A DNA stretch of 63,454 nucleotides, filler included, from Pelomyxa schiedti (taxonomy: Eukaryota; Protista; Evosea), in assembly GCA_020536535.1 (NCBI GenBank). It is 9 parts of 9 records of this genome, joined end to end, with 100 filler letters (N's around TTAATTAATTAA, not from the genome) between each part and the next. Parts side by side here need not be neighbours in the genome. Positions count along the whole stretch, not along the records: positions 1 to 25,259 come from JAHLWZ010000576.1; 8 more parts are not named here. One strand, given 5' to 3'. The translations under genes and the position numbers were made by a program. Below are positions 12,834 through 25,359 of the stretch, piece by piece (position 1 is the stretch's first letter; each line of letters begins with the position of its first letter). Below the pieces are notes generated by a model, which did not search any database, was not told where the DNA came from, and was given only the letters and a program-made list of their open reading frames with translations.

Positions 12834-13174
12834 ATGTGTATGGGTGTGGCCGTATCGTATTATTGCATGAACGAAGAAACAGATTCGTGGCACAATTTGA
12901 TGGCCTGGAACGCGAAGATTCCGTAGTTGATGGCGATGTCTCTCAATGCTCACTCTGTTATCTATCCACTGTGTCGGGGTATCCACGCTATGTTGATTCC
13001 CTCGGCTGATTCGATGAACTGTTCCTCCTTTCAATTGTAGAGGTTCTGATTGCCAGCTTCCACGAAGCTGAATCACCTTCGAATCAATTTGCCAAGGACA
13101 CGACACGGGGAGTGCGTGTAGAGTAGCCAAACGTGATCCACAGCAGCAGTATCAGTAGTAGTAATAGTAATAGG

Positions 13175-14355
13175 ATGGTGGTGGTTGGTCGCGGTGTCGC
13201 AGTGTGGGTTGTGGTTGCGGTTGCGGCGGTTGTCGTGATGCAGGCCCGCGTGGGATCTTGCGGCTGGGGCAGTGTGTTTGTTGACATCGGGAAAAAAACG
13301 TCGGGCGAGCGGTGTTTTGTAGAGGACCTTCCCGCTGATACACTGGTCAGAGCAAGGTTCGTGTGTGGTCTATGCTCAAGCTTTTTTTATTTTTTATTTT
13401 TTTTTATTTTTCTTTTTCCTCGGTTGTGGTGACGGGTGAAAATGCAATAAAACTCCCAGAGAGTGTAACTATATGGGTGAATTGGAGTAATATATTGGGG
13501 ACGTTGACGAAAAAGAAAGGTACTCGCTGCATGACCACGTGCCGGATGAGATGATGAAACCACCTCCTGGTGGTCCTGGAATAGTAGGAGAGAGGCTCAG
13601 TGGGCAGCTGTTAGGTCTTATTTTTTAATTATGTTTGCATTGATTCCTCCGTTTTTACATTGCCCCAGATCAGGTAGCTTCTCGGTTTGGAATCCCTAGA
13701 GGGATTTCATCCAGACGCAATGTGACGGGCACTGGTGACATGGTAGCCGGCTTGCATATTGTAACTTCAGCTGTTTCTCCTTCGGGAAGGACTATACCGG
13801 CCGACCCTCTTTCCATCCTTGGGACGGTTGATGGAGAATTTTATTTCACAACAGCTGAAGAAGGCGAGCATGAAATATGTTTCCGAGTTGCACGGGAAAA
13901 GAGAAGAGCCCCAAAGGATGAAATTTTGGTAAGATTATTTCCGCATCACCAGTCCTGATTATTTGCAGAGATTGTTTGTTGAAATTCTGACTGGAGTTGA
14001 TGCTGTTAACTACATCGATGTCACATACACCGATGATATTTCCGGTGACTGCTAATTTTCTTTCCAAATGTATTTACACAAGGCAGCATTGCAAGAATAC
14101 GTGAATCGAGCCAATGATCTTGTTGCGGAAATCAAGGCGGAGGTGAGCCTTGATATTGACAGAGAAAAGTCCTTCCGAGCAACTGCCGACCGCGCTAGAA
14201 CTAAGCTATATCTTTGGGTTTCCCTACAGTTCGTTATTCTCGTTGCGTGCTGTGGCTGGTAACTGCCCATTTTCTTCCTATTCAGTAGCACTCACTATGC
14301 ACATAGGCAAATGATTCATCTGCGGAACTATTTCAAGTCAAGAAAGTTTTTCTAA
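13175..14355 (+). CDS. p24/emp24/gp25L (TMED) GOLD-domain cargo receptor (multi-exon)
   Basis: Signal peptide; ERCFVEDLPADTLV; GEFYFTTAEEGEHEICF; coiled coil REKSFRAT; TM LWVSLQFVILVACCGWQ; tail HLRNYFKSRKFF. Confidence 0.9.
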
Positions 14356-14643
14356 ACGATAGGCCTTTCTTTTTTTTTCCTCTTCAGATGTTAGCAGAAA
14401 GTCACTTGTCAAGTGCGTTGATGATAGCCTTTTAAGGACCATGATATGCCGTGTGGAATCGGAAGAGAGATGGAAGCAATTACATCGGGAACACACTGAA
14501 AACTGCGGGCAAACACACGAGAACATCGGCTTTTCGCCAAAAAAAAAGATTCATCGTTTATTCGTTGTACAAGAAAAAGAGAAACAATAATAAAAAACAA
14601 CAAACACCAACCAGCCACCCAAGAGTAAAAAAACAAAGACAAA

Positions 14644-16036
14644 ATGATGAAAGCCAATAACAACAACGTTTGCGTTGAGGAGCAATGCACGCCCCCAATT
14701 TCGAAACGATCACGAGTGGCAAAATGTGTGTGCAACAAACATATCTCCAAATTATATGTTTGCATGCAAAAAAGCAAAAATAAAAAAATAAAATCACAAG
14801 CAATAAGTACTTATTGTATTTATTTTCTTAATTCAGCATTTTAATTTGTATTTTCCAGACCCCAACAATAATAATGACGAGGACTCTAATCAGTCTCTCG
14901 ACGCTGCAGCACTTGCACTCCAACTTCTAATCAGAAGTGCACAAGCTCGCCAGCAACAATTACAAGTACAATCACAAGAACCCACAATTGCGCCTTTGTT
15001 GGCCAGCCCATGCGGCTCTCCTCTGAGGCCAAACAACTCACAACCACATTCGCCGACTGGTGCTCAAACCCAGGCGAAATTGCCTGTTCAAGTCATTCAC
15101 CAAATCAACACGCCGAACAGCGGGCTCTCTTCCAAACCAGCACCTCAGCAGAACCAACAAAAGACCGCAAAGCGGAGGCTCACTTGGGCTGAGAAACTGT
15201 CCCTGTACTGCCACAGATGCGGCAGAGTGGAAACTCCTGAATGGAGAAAGGGCCCCGACGGTCCGGCAACGTATGTTCCTTCATACCAATAATAATTTGT
15301 ATAAGTTATTCTTTTACGGGATAAAGCTGACTCCTTTTTCTCCAGTTTGTGCAATGCTTGCGGGTTACAGTGGAGCACAAACTCCCTCATGCACAAACGC
15401 CGGGTGAGAAAATCAACTGGAACAAGGAGAAGAACTAAGAAAGCTGTTGAACCCCAGTCACAGCCCCCAGTTCCTACCACTGTTACGCTATCTCCGCCGC
15501 CACACCACCGCTCCATTTACAACATTCCGGAGTCATCCATCAACGAACTTCTATCTCTATCTCCGGTCCATTCTGCACCAACATCCACCTCCTCCAGCCC
15601 CGCATCAAGCCTACCACCATCCCCCGCACCCAGCCCCACATTTCATCCTGTTCTGATAAACAGTTCCGCTCCACACAAGTTCTTCCTGTCACCAACTCAC
15701 CGGTGTTCCCAGCAGGAATCCTCACCATCACCATCAAGGACATCACCCCTCATCCTCGCGGAATCTCCATCCATTCAATCTTTGCTGATTTCCACACCCG
15801 CAACACCATTATCCCCCAAGCCCCATATTGTATCCAATCCAAGTCCAAATACAAACACAAATACCAACCCAACATCAACCAATGACAGAAACCCACTGTA
15901 TCTACCTAGTAGCTGTCACCTTGAGGCCGACTTATTCAACCACCCACCATTCCGACATATACCCTCTCAATGTGTCTCTGTGGACAACAACAAGCATGAA
16001 AGCCTCATTGGACACTTGAGACGAATTATGTCATGA
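14644..16036 (+). CDS. GATA zinc-finger transcription factor (C-X2-C-X18-C-X2-C)
   Basis: CHRCGRVETPEWRKGPDGPAT|LCNACGLQW across one intron, then a basic region; start at 14644 or 14764. Confidence 0.9.
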
Positions 16037-16101
16037 ATGTAATTTGCAAAATAAACTATCTGGTGTTGATACTGTAAAAAATTTTGACTTCGAAATTGAG
16101 A

Positions 16102-18771
16102 TCAGTCCCTTGACCCCAACATAGTTCTTGCTGCGTTTGTGATTTTGTCCACGTTGTTGGCTGGTACTGTCCTATCAATCCACCTGTTTTTTTGTTGGTT
16201 TTTGACAGTTGAATGGATAGTAGTACCTATTGGCTCTGAGGGAGAGTGATTGCCAATCGGACTTGTGGTGTGAGTGCTCTTTTTCGAGATAGGCAAGAAC
16301 TAGGTAGTGGATATTATAATTTATATACAGAAAACCGGCGTTTTATTTTGTACTAAAATACAAGATAGATTATAATATAATAGATCTCTTATTTAGAATC
16401 GAAAGAGTGAGGGTGAACAAACCTAGGCATGTGGGCCAGGCATGCTTAATGATCGCGAGTGATGGAGGTGATTGTGGTGTGTTATCATCAAGAATGCGGA
16501 TGGACTGGCCTGCAGAAAATTAATTTTCTTTCTAGGAGGGTCTGAAGGATACCAATTACAGCAGCCAACTCGTCACTTAAAATCCATGAGCCATCAGTAA
16601 GTTGTAAGGAAGCCTTAACGGGGTTAATAAATCAAGATATGGCGTCAAATAGGTACCAATTTGTCTATTGGGTTCAGCATGGGCAATCGCGGAATAACAA
16701 CCTAGGTGCAGTTAAATTCGGAACTCTGCAGGAGTGGAAAAATACCACAGCTGGGAAGAGGGTCTTTTGAACTCGAGGGAGCGGCGAGTTTCCGAGGCCT
16801 CCTGCTTCTGTTTGAAGACATGCCGCCAACACACTTACATCCACTGTGCAAGTTTTGATTCTAAGGGTAAGTGCACTCTTGCCTGCTTGACTATCCCCAA
16901 CAACGACAACTAAGAATATTAGAGTGTTACAGTTATTAGAGCTTACCTTTATGAGAATAACAGTTAGAGCTGTATCCCTTAAGATATATGCCTAAATAGT
17001 GGTTAGACAACTCCATGAGAGAAAATGGACTCGCATTGAATAATTTCTTTTAAAAACCGGGGAACATTTTCCCCACTCGAAGCTGATACTTCATGGAATG
17101 GAATGCTGAAAGCAGTAGCTAATGCCTCTCCTTCAAGTGTGGACACCTGGAGCTTTTATTCATAACTAGCCCAAATAAAGGCAGATAACCTTCCGTTCCG
17201 AAACAAGATCTATTTTGGACCCAACTAGTACTATGATTGCATCTCGGAGATGCTCTTTCGCTTCTATAAGCCACTTGGAAGCATGATCAAAAGACACGCG
17301 ATCTGTACATGAATATACAACAATAACCGCTGAAGAACTTCTGTAGTAACTGGAGAAACTGTTACTTGAAGATAGGTATTTAGGTGCATACGTGCTGGCA
17401 AGTGAGCGATATTTTTCAATTCCAGCTTTTGATTGTTATTTTTCTTCTCATTTGAATTTGGGGAGGGATTTACCTGTATCCTGTAGCCATGTTAGTGCAA
17501 AGGGTAAACAGTACTATCATACCCAAAACTGAATTTTGAAAGACTGAAGCCCTTGCGTGTTTGGCTGAACGAGCATAAATTCGGCACCTACTGTGGAGGA
17601 GTATGCGGGTAGAACACATTCCCCTAGTGTCACTGATATCTTGACATAAAGTTTGAATCCAAAAAGAAAAAAATGGGGAAAATTACCTTTTCTGCTACTT
17701 CCAAATGTGCTGGTTCTTGTTCTGTTGGAGGTTCTGTCTCTCGTTCTTTCGGGGTGCGGTGTTCCTCTTTTGGAGTGAGTTGTTCAGCCTTAGGTGTGGG
17801 CTGATCAGCTTTTGGCGTGAGAGGTTGCTTAGGAATTTCATCTAACGGCAATTCAACCTGGTATGCACTTATTGGAAATATGGGAAGGGAACAACTTACA
17901 AGTTGGGAAGAAGGGGGCAGCAAGGGAGGTGCAGGACGAGCACCAGTTGACGCCCTAACTGAAGTGCTAGGACTTGTACATTAAGAAGTTAAGGAACACA
18001 AGATATTGGAAAGGTGTTGATATAGCGGTGTAAGTATGATATGGGTCTTCCTGTCTCATAGGAGTCTTCCGTCCCCCCAACAACTTCTGAGTCTCATCAT
18101 CAAAAAACTTTGCCAAGGCCGCCTAGTCATTTTGTAAAAAAAAAAAGGAAATAAACTGGATGAGACAAGCCATTCGCCACTTATGGGACAAACCCCTCCA
18201 CCCCCATCCCATCCCATCCCATCCATCCACCCTCTCGTAATTATTCCCAAGATATCGAGAGACACACGAGTAGATTCCCGTTTGACATTTCGATGTACTC
18301 TATTGCCTGGTGCTCGTCGGCCCTAGTGGCAGCACGGAACTCCTTGACAACCTCGCTCATCACAACCACTCCCCCTCCCCCTCCCCCTGCCCCTGCTCCT
18401 GTCCCTGCCCCTGCCCCTGCCCCGCTCTCCCTCGCACTAACAGCCCCACCACCACTAGCTGTTGTCGCTGTCGTGATGGTTGTGGTTGTGGTTGTGGTGG
18501 TGGTGGTGGCGGTTGGTGTAGGTTGGCTGCTGGCCGCGCTGCCCGCACCACCCCCACTCCCACTCCCTGTAGTCGTCGTCGCTGGTGTCGTTGTAGCCGC
18601 CGAGGTGGTCCCACTGTCTGTCGATGACGGTGATGAGGACGTCGTTGTTGTGGACGATGACGATGAGTCGGGCTGTTGTTGTGCTACCGACGAGCAGGCT
18701 GTTTCCGTTGATGCTGCACCGGATGGACCCGCCGAACCCGAAATCGAACCGTCGCCCTCCCCTGCGCTCAT
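16102..18771 (-). CDS. UBA-like domain + circularly permuted Rab-like GTPase + VWA5A/PARP4-like C-terminal helical domain (multi-exon)
   Basis: UBA-like VVKEFRAATRADEHQAIEYIEMSNGNLL|AALAKFF. GTPase motifs in the order STVGAEF, WDTAG, GSKID, EVSA, then KVVVVGDSQAGKS. C-terminal SLQLTDGSWILSDELAAVIG...WPTCL|VLAYLE...DWQSLSLRANRWI. Confidence 0.8.
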
Positions 18772-18916
18772 CTCTTATTCAATTGATTTTTTTTTTGAAA
18801 ACTTCTTCCTGTTTCCCTAAAGGGGCATGGGCATATGGACGAGGGAGGCGATAAAGTACAGTAAGGGTGTTGGGTGGGTGTGCTGTTTGTTTGGTGATGT
18901 TGGTGCGGGGGTATTC

Positions 18917-21900
18917 TCAGCACGAAGCAAATAGAGACTCGAGGGTGGTAACCACAGTCGAGAACGCTGTTGGTGTTAACATGTTAGGTGAAGCAGGGAA
19001 GATAGATAGGTAAAGAATATGGATGGTGGATTGGCATACGGGGTCGGTCTGTTGGTGCGGTGGCCCAGCACTCCGTGATGAGCGTCTTGCACTCTGCCGG
19101 CACTTTGTTTTCTGGAAGAGGAAGCCTCTGCGAGGGTATGTAAGAAGAGAGGAAAGAAAGGAGGAAGGTCGATGGAGGATACACACATTCCCGTTTATTA
19201 CAAACTCCGCGATTTCTGTGTTTGGTTTATGGTTAGTGTGCCGGTAAGGATTAGTTGTTGTTGGAAAGACTTACTCCACGCGGAGGGAAATTCATCTTCA
19301 CCGAAAGGAACTGTTGAAAAAAAAAATGAGGGTAAAAGTAAAGAGGAGAAGTCATTACCTTTCTCCACAAAAAGGGAATAACACAACACCGCAAAGCTGT
19401 AAGTGTCGGTGGAGGCATCGTAGTTAGCGTTTTGAAGAATTTCTCCAGAGNNNNNNNNNNNNNNNNNNNNNNNNNNNNNNNNNNNNNNNNNNNNNNNNNN
19501 NNNNNNNNNNNNNNNNNNNNNNNNNNNNNNNNNNNNNNNNNNNNNNNNNNGGGTAAAAGTAAAGAGGAGAAGTCATTACCTTTCTCCACAAAAAGGGAAT
19601 AACACAACACCGCAAAGCTGTAAGTGTCGGTGGAGGCATCGTAGTTAGCGTTTTGAAGAATTTCTCCAGAGTGTCAGTTACGTACTATATCATTGGGAAA
19701 CATACCAGGGCTCATGTAAGAAGGTGTTCTAGGATGTGTGATTAAGTGAAGTAAGAGCCACGTAGGAATTTACCCAATTGCTTTTGTCATTTGAAGAGCT
19801 TCTTTTGACGTTTGCACATCCCTAGTCGTTCCAAAATCGGTTATTTTTGCACAAACGGCACTAGCCGGATCAAGTGAACACAAAAGTACGTTATCCGTTT
19901 TGAGGTCTCTGTGTATTACACCGCTCTAGGGAAGGTAAGAAAAAGCGTAAGAAGACATTTGCAACCTGATGTAAATAGTTCATTCCTCTTGCAGTGTCCA
20001 AAGCAATTTTATACTTTTGTTTAATGGAGAGCTTGGTGTTCGCAATGGTAGTTGTGAGACTGCCTAATTCCATAAATTCCTACACAGCATCAGGCAAAAA
20101 GGAATAGAATCAGGAGGATTACAGTTAGAATTGCCAATCTCCGTTTTATATGTACAGCTCCTACAAAGCCCACAATCTAGTGATTGATAAGGAGAGATAA
20201 TAAAGTAGTAGTACTACCTGTGGACACCGGAAGGATTCCATTGTTTTGATCTACATTGGGTCAGATATATCACGTACTTAGTTTTAGCTACAAACCTCAT
20301 TAAGGAAGTCCTTGTAGATTTGAGCAGAGCCCAGCTCTTGGTTTTTTAGGATCTACACATATATCGATATATTTTCAGTTTGTACCCAACTGTCAAAAAA
20401 AGGTACCTTTACGGCTACTTGTTGACCTCTCCATTCTCCTCTGTAAACGAAACCAAACGAGCCTGTGGAAGTTAATACAAAAGAAAGAAAGTCAAGTCCT
20501 AAATCACCTTCTCCAATCGGCGGTGGATGTAAAACAATTTCATCAGGATCAAGTTTAGTGGAAAGCTTATGTTTGAGTGAGGAATTGAGAAACATGATGG
20601 AAATTTCTTACCTTAGATTCGATTTTAATGGGGAGGGAAATGTGTTGTAAGGGTCTTTCCGCATATACATGACCTAGGTTTTATTTAGAGGGAAAAAATG
20701 AGAAGGTAATTACTGTCTACCTACAGAAGCTGCTAGTATTAAGCTGGAGTCAAGAGCTGTTGTACACAAAATTGAAGCTCCAATTTTTACTCTGGTTTCA
20801 CCTGACTACTCATTTTAGTTGTGAATAGTCAAGAAGAATACCAACTGGTGGTATAATGCCTGCGGCCGGCTCAAAGAGAGTGTTGATTTTGTATGTGGCA
20901 GGCGGGAACCATTTGAAGGAAATGTACTTTTTCGAAGTATTCGTGAGGATAACAGTTTCTTCAAGGTGTTGATCAACAGATGCACGGTGCCCATTCAGCC
21001 CCAAAGAAATGCTAGTTACCGACACCTTACAGATTTGTTAGAAAGTTGGAGAGTTCTGAGGAAGAAACTTGGAGCAAAAAGTCTGTAACGGATACAGCCC
21101 TAGAAGGAGATGAGAACTTTCACTTACTGCTATGCATACGTAGAGTGGGATTCATCGAACACCTCCTTCGAGGGATCATCTTCCTGCATTGTAGTCCACA
21201 AGCTACTCATTGCCACTTCCTTTTCAGGATTCCTGTGGGACATTAAAAGGCAAATGGTCGTGTGAAAGTGCACACATTTTCTTTCTTCTGAGAACAGCGA
21301 AAACAACAATACAGGCCAGGCCTGCAGTAAACACGAACGCTCCTGCAACGCCCAGTCCAATGGCCAGGCCTTTCCCTTTCTGTTTCACACAACGAAGTCC
21401 ATAGGCAGAACTATGCTGGGATGCTACAGTGACTATCACTTCATCCCAAGGTTGAGAATTTGATGGCAGCTGGCACTTAAGTCCACTGTTGGGAAGAACG
21501 AATTTTAAATCTGTGCAAGTCCGATGCCCAACTGATACTGAGATCTTATTGATAACAGATCCAAAGTTTGCGCCTATTCTTTGATAAGAACAGCCATTTT
21601 AATAATAAGAGAACCAGAAATGTTCAGTTCCCCCGAACAAGACCCAGCATTAGCGAAATCAATTATTGGTGCTGCGGTAAGGATTGATGGAAGTTCAATA
21701 AGGACTTGAATTTACATAGTACCTTGGTAGGAAAACACTATAGCTGACGCCGTCTGTGAGACTGGAGAGTCGTATGGAACGGTAACCTATCAGCCAATTA
21801 ACAGAAAACGGTTTCAGAGTAGACTCACCCTAACAGTTTTATTTGTTCCCACACCAGCCGGAGGAAGACATGAAATTTCAGATCCAGGCGTTGTGACCTG

Positions 21901-24900
21901 GGCGTCCTCACATTTCTCTCCTCCAATAGTTACATGCACCTAAACACATTTGATTAGGCTAATGACCGGTACTGGGTTTTCATTATCCCACCTGTGTGCT
22001 CAGGGGTCCGAAGTTCAAACCAGTGATTTTAGTATATTCATCTCCTGCTGTGCCGGTTGCGGTAGCAGAGAAGATAGAAGGCCCTGGAAAATGTTGGTGC
22101 TTACATACAAAGAAGTGAGGAGTACCCTGATAGTCAAAGAGTATGGAATTAGACTTCTGTCCCTTGACAGTGATAGCCAGCGTGTGGTGGATACCAGTTC
22201 CTGCTGGAATATGCACTAAGATGGCAGTTTGATTTATCAATGTGCCAGAGAAGAAAATATCGTCACTATCAATGAAAACATAAATACTGTAGATAACTCC
22301 TCCTGGTCCAAAATTTATGCCCTTGTAATATCTGTTAGTTATTTTTCTTCCCCCTTACCACTCACTTTTAATATAATGTGTTCACCAAGTGTTTGTGTAG
22401 CTGGAAAAGTTTCAATAACGGGTTCTGATAAACGAAGTTACAAAAAGCAATGAGAAACAAACTGCACTACTTTCATAGCAGTAATCAGTCATGTATGCAG
22501 ACTGAGCAGAACCTTTCGGTACGTAAACTTGAAGAGCATTCCCGCAACCAACACCGGGAGGGGGATAACACTGTGATAACAAATTAAGGAATAAACCACA
22601 AGGGTGAAACAAATCTTCCGAACCTCTATCTCTGTGTGGGGAAACACAACAGAAGCATGAATACACTCAACACCCCATATAGTTGCACTCACAACAGTTT
22701 CTAATGGTCCAAAATTCATACCAGTGATAATCGTCCTGTCATAAATTGTGACTATTTTTGCAACGAAAAAATGTCCTACTTAGAGTCCCCAGTCGTATTT
22801 GCAGGAGTTGCTTGAAGGACTACAGGACCTGAGAATATAAGACGACTTGTCGAAGAGTATGAGATATACTGTCGTAAGAAAAAGTGCCAGGTGCACTTTG
22901 CTGTCCACTTCCCACATTTGGTACGGTAATTATGACTGTATGATCTGTACCAGTCCCTTCCGGAGGAAAGCAGGAAACCATAGTGTGGGCTGTTTCAACT
23001 CTAGCATCTTTGCAGATAGCTTCTCCAACAAAAACTCCAATACTGCTATTGAGGGGGCCAAACCCTGTTCCATATATCTTGGTTCGATTTTGGCCATTTG
23101 TTGGGGCCTTTGTTGTGTAGCTGATTGTTGGAGCTGAAAATAGGAAAGAAATGTTGTAAGTACCCCGTCAGAGGAGATGAAAAATACGATCATAGGAAAA
23201 GATCGCTGCAGTTGCTGTCTGAGCTGTGTCAGAATCTGGAATGTAAACAGTAACATTCAAGCCTGCTCCANNNNNNNNNNNNNNNNNNNNNNNNNNNNNN
23301 NNNNNNNNNNNNNNNNNNNNNNNNNNNNNNNNNNNNNNNNNNNNNNNNNNNNNNNNNNNNNNNNNNNNNNAATGTTGTAAGTACCCCGTCAGAGGAGATG
23401 AAAAATACGATCATAGGAAAAGATCGCTGCAGTTGCTGTCTGAGCTGTGTCAGAATCTGGAATGTAAACAGTAACATTCAAGCCTGCTCCAGCTCCTACA
23501 GGAGGAGAGCAACCAATCTGTGTGTGGGCAACTTTCACACGTGCAGAGCTGCACACATCCCCATTTATTTTTACTCCTACCTGGTAAACGCATGAACAGA
23601 ACTGAAAAAAAAAGAGTACAATACGTTAGTTCCAAGTGGTCCAAAATTGGAGCCATAGATGATAGCCTCTTGTCTTCCGTCAGTCCCTGAACCACCTGCA
23701 GAGGACAAGGTGGGGACTGCCAAAGTTAAGTTGGACAAGAAAATTTGACCCACAGTACCATTATAGGAGAAGATCGACTTAGTACTGGAAAGAGGGAAAC
23801 TGTATCCTGTAGAAGTTGCTGGGATGGAGACTTGAACAGGCAATAATCCTCCAGCCCCTGGAGGCGGGATACATGTTATTTCCACATGTGCTCGGCTCAC
23901 AGAGGCATTAGCGCAGATTTTTCCATCAATTGTAACAGCAACAGACGAATTCAATGGTCCAAAGTTGCTTCCAGTAAGAATTACAGGTATGCCTCCTTTT
24001 GTGTCGCAGGAAGTTGTACTATCCAGCTTCGGAGCTATCAGAGTTAGCATCATTTATTTGATTGAAATGCACACCATTGTATGAGAATACATTGGAGGAG
24101 GCATAGTGGTCAAGGCCAGGAACCAATACCTCAGTTTGGGTTTGTTAAGTGCCACAAGTTTATTGATGGTTACCTCCACTTTCATTGAAGATCCACAGCC
24201 CGGTGGAGGGGAACAGGCAATTTGCTTATGTGCTACTTGTACAAAAGCGTTTGGACAATTGACGGAGTTTATACGAACGGTCACGTTTGCCCCAATGGGA
24301 CCGAAATTCGCTCCACTTATAACTGTCTTAGATGGGGCATCAGTATCGATTGGACTTGCAGAAGTTATTTCAGGAGCTGCGGAATTTCAACCAATTTGGA
24401 GGAAAAAGACATCACACCTTTGTAAGAAAAAACAGAGTCTGTATGCTGGGCATGATTTGGATCTGAAGGAATCCATAGACGGAGGGGGAGTACACCATAT
24501 CCAGGTGGTGGGTAGCAAGAAACCTTGGTATGATTCTTCGACACCCAAGGTTTGCGGCAAGGTTGCCCTCCAATTGTGATATTGAACGTTGCATCCAGAG
24601 ATGATCCTAGGTTAAATCCTTCGATTGTAAGCGACTCATTTCCATCCGTGTTGGCACGTGAGACAGAGGAAATTGAAGGTGCTACTCATATTGAGATTGT
24701 GCAAAGAATGTGAAAAGCAGACCTGTGTAGTCGAATACAGAAGAATTACAGCGCTGGGAGCCAAACTTACCCTCAGCAGGTACCCAAACACCCACATCAA
24801 CATCAGCTCCAACACCAGGAGGCGCAATGCATTTAATCTGGAAATGGTCTACCCAGATAGTGGCATTCAAGCATGGTTTGCCACCAATTCGTACAGAGAC

Positions 24901-25259
24901 ACCTCCGGCAGCATCCAAGGTGCCAAAATTAGTGCCATATATCATTACACTGGTACTTCCTGCTGTATCAGCAGAGCTGGCGAAAGATACAGTTGGAACT
25001 GCAGTGGGAATAGTGTAAAAAAAAAAAAAAAAAGTGATCCTGTACAATTGTAAGAAAAAGCACTAGCCGAGTACTGCAATGAAGGACGCCCAAATCTGGC
25101 AACAAAGACAGTAACTGTCAACCCTTCAAGTTTCAAACTGAGAAAGCGGCACCATGGGGAAACGGGGGAAGGACACACCAGCACCAGTAACATTGGCTGG
25201 TGGGTAACACTGAATCTCATGATGCGGAACAGAAACGGCAGCCTCAGTGCATTCACTTC
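18917..25259 (-). CDS. Transmembrane receptor kinase with tandem IPT/TIG ectodomain and TKL kinase (5'-truncated, many exons)
   Basis: At least 8 GxNFG(P/T/S)...C...HxxIxCxxPPG repeats; TM GLAIGLGVAGAFVFTAGLACIVVFAVL-RRKK (~21290-21370); LSTKLDPDEI, GEGSFGFVYRG, VAVK, HRDLKTDN, DFG, ECW...RP. Confidence 0.9.
19330..19671. other. Scaffold gap (100 N, 19451-19550) with 121-bp duplicated flanks
   Basis: 19330-19450 equals 19551-19671. Confidence 0.95.
23150..23491. other. Scaffold gap (100 N, 23271-23370) with 121-bp duplicated flanks
   Basis: 23150-23270 equals 23371-23491. Confidence 0.95.
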
Positions 25260-25359
25260 NNNNNNNNNNNNNNNNNNNNNNNNNNNNNNNNNNNNNNNNN
25301 NNNTTAATTAATTAANNNNNNNNNNNNNNNNNNNNNNNNNNNNNNNNNNNNNNNNNNNN
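25260..25359. other. Artificial contig-concatenation linker (also at 27002, 32491, 34619, 53261, 55081, 60672, 62205; 100 nt each)
   Basis: N-run, TTAATTAATTAA (stops in all six frames), N-run; identical at 8 positions. Confidence 0.97.
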
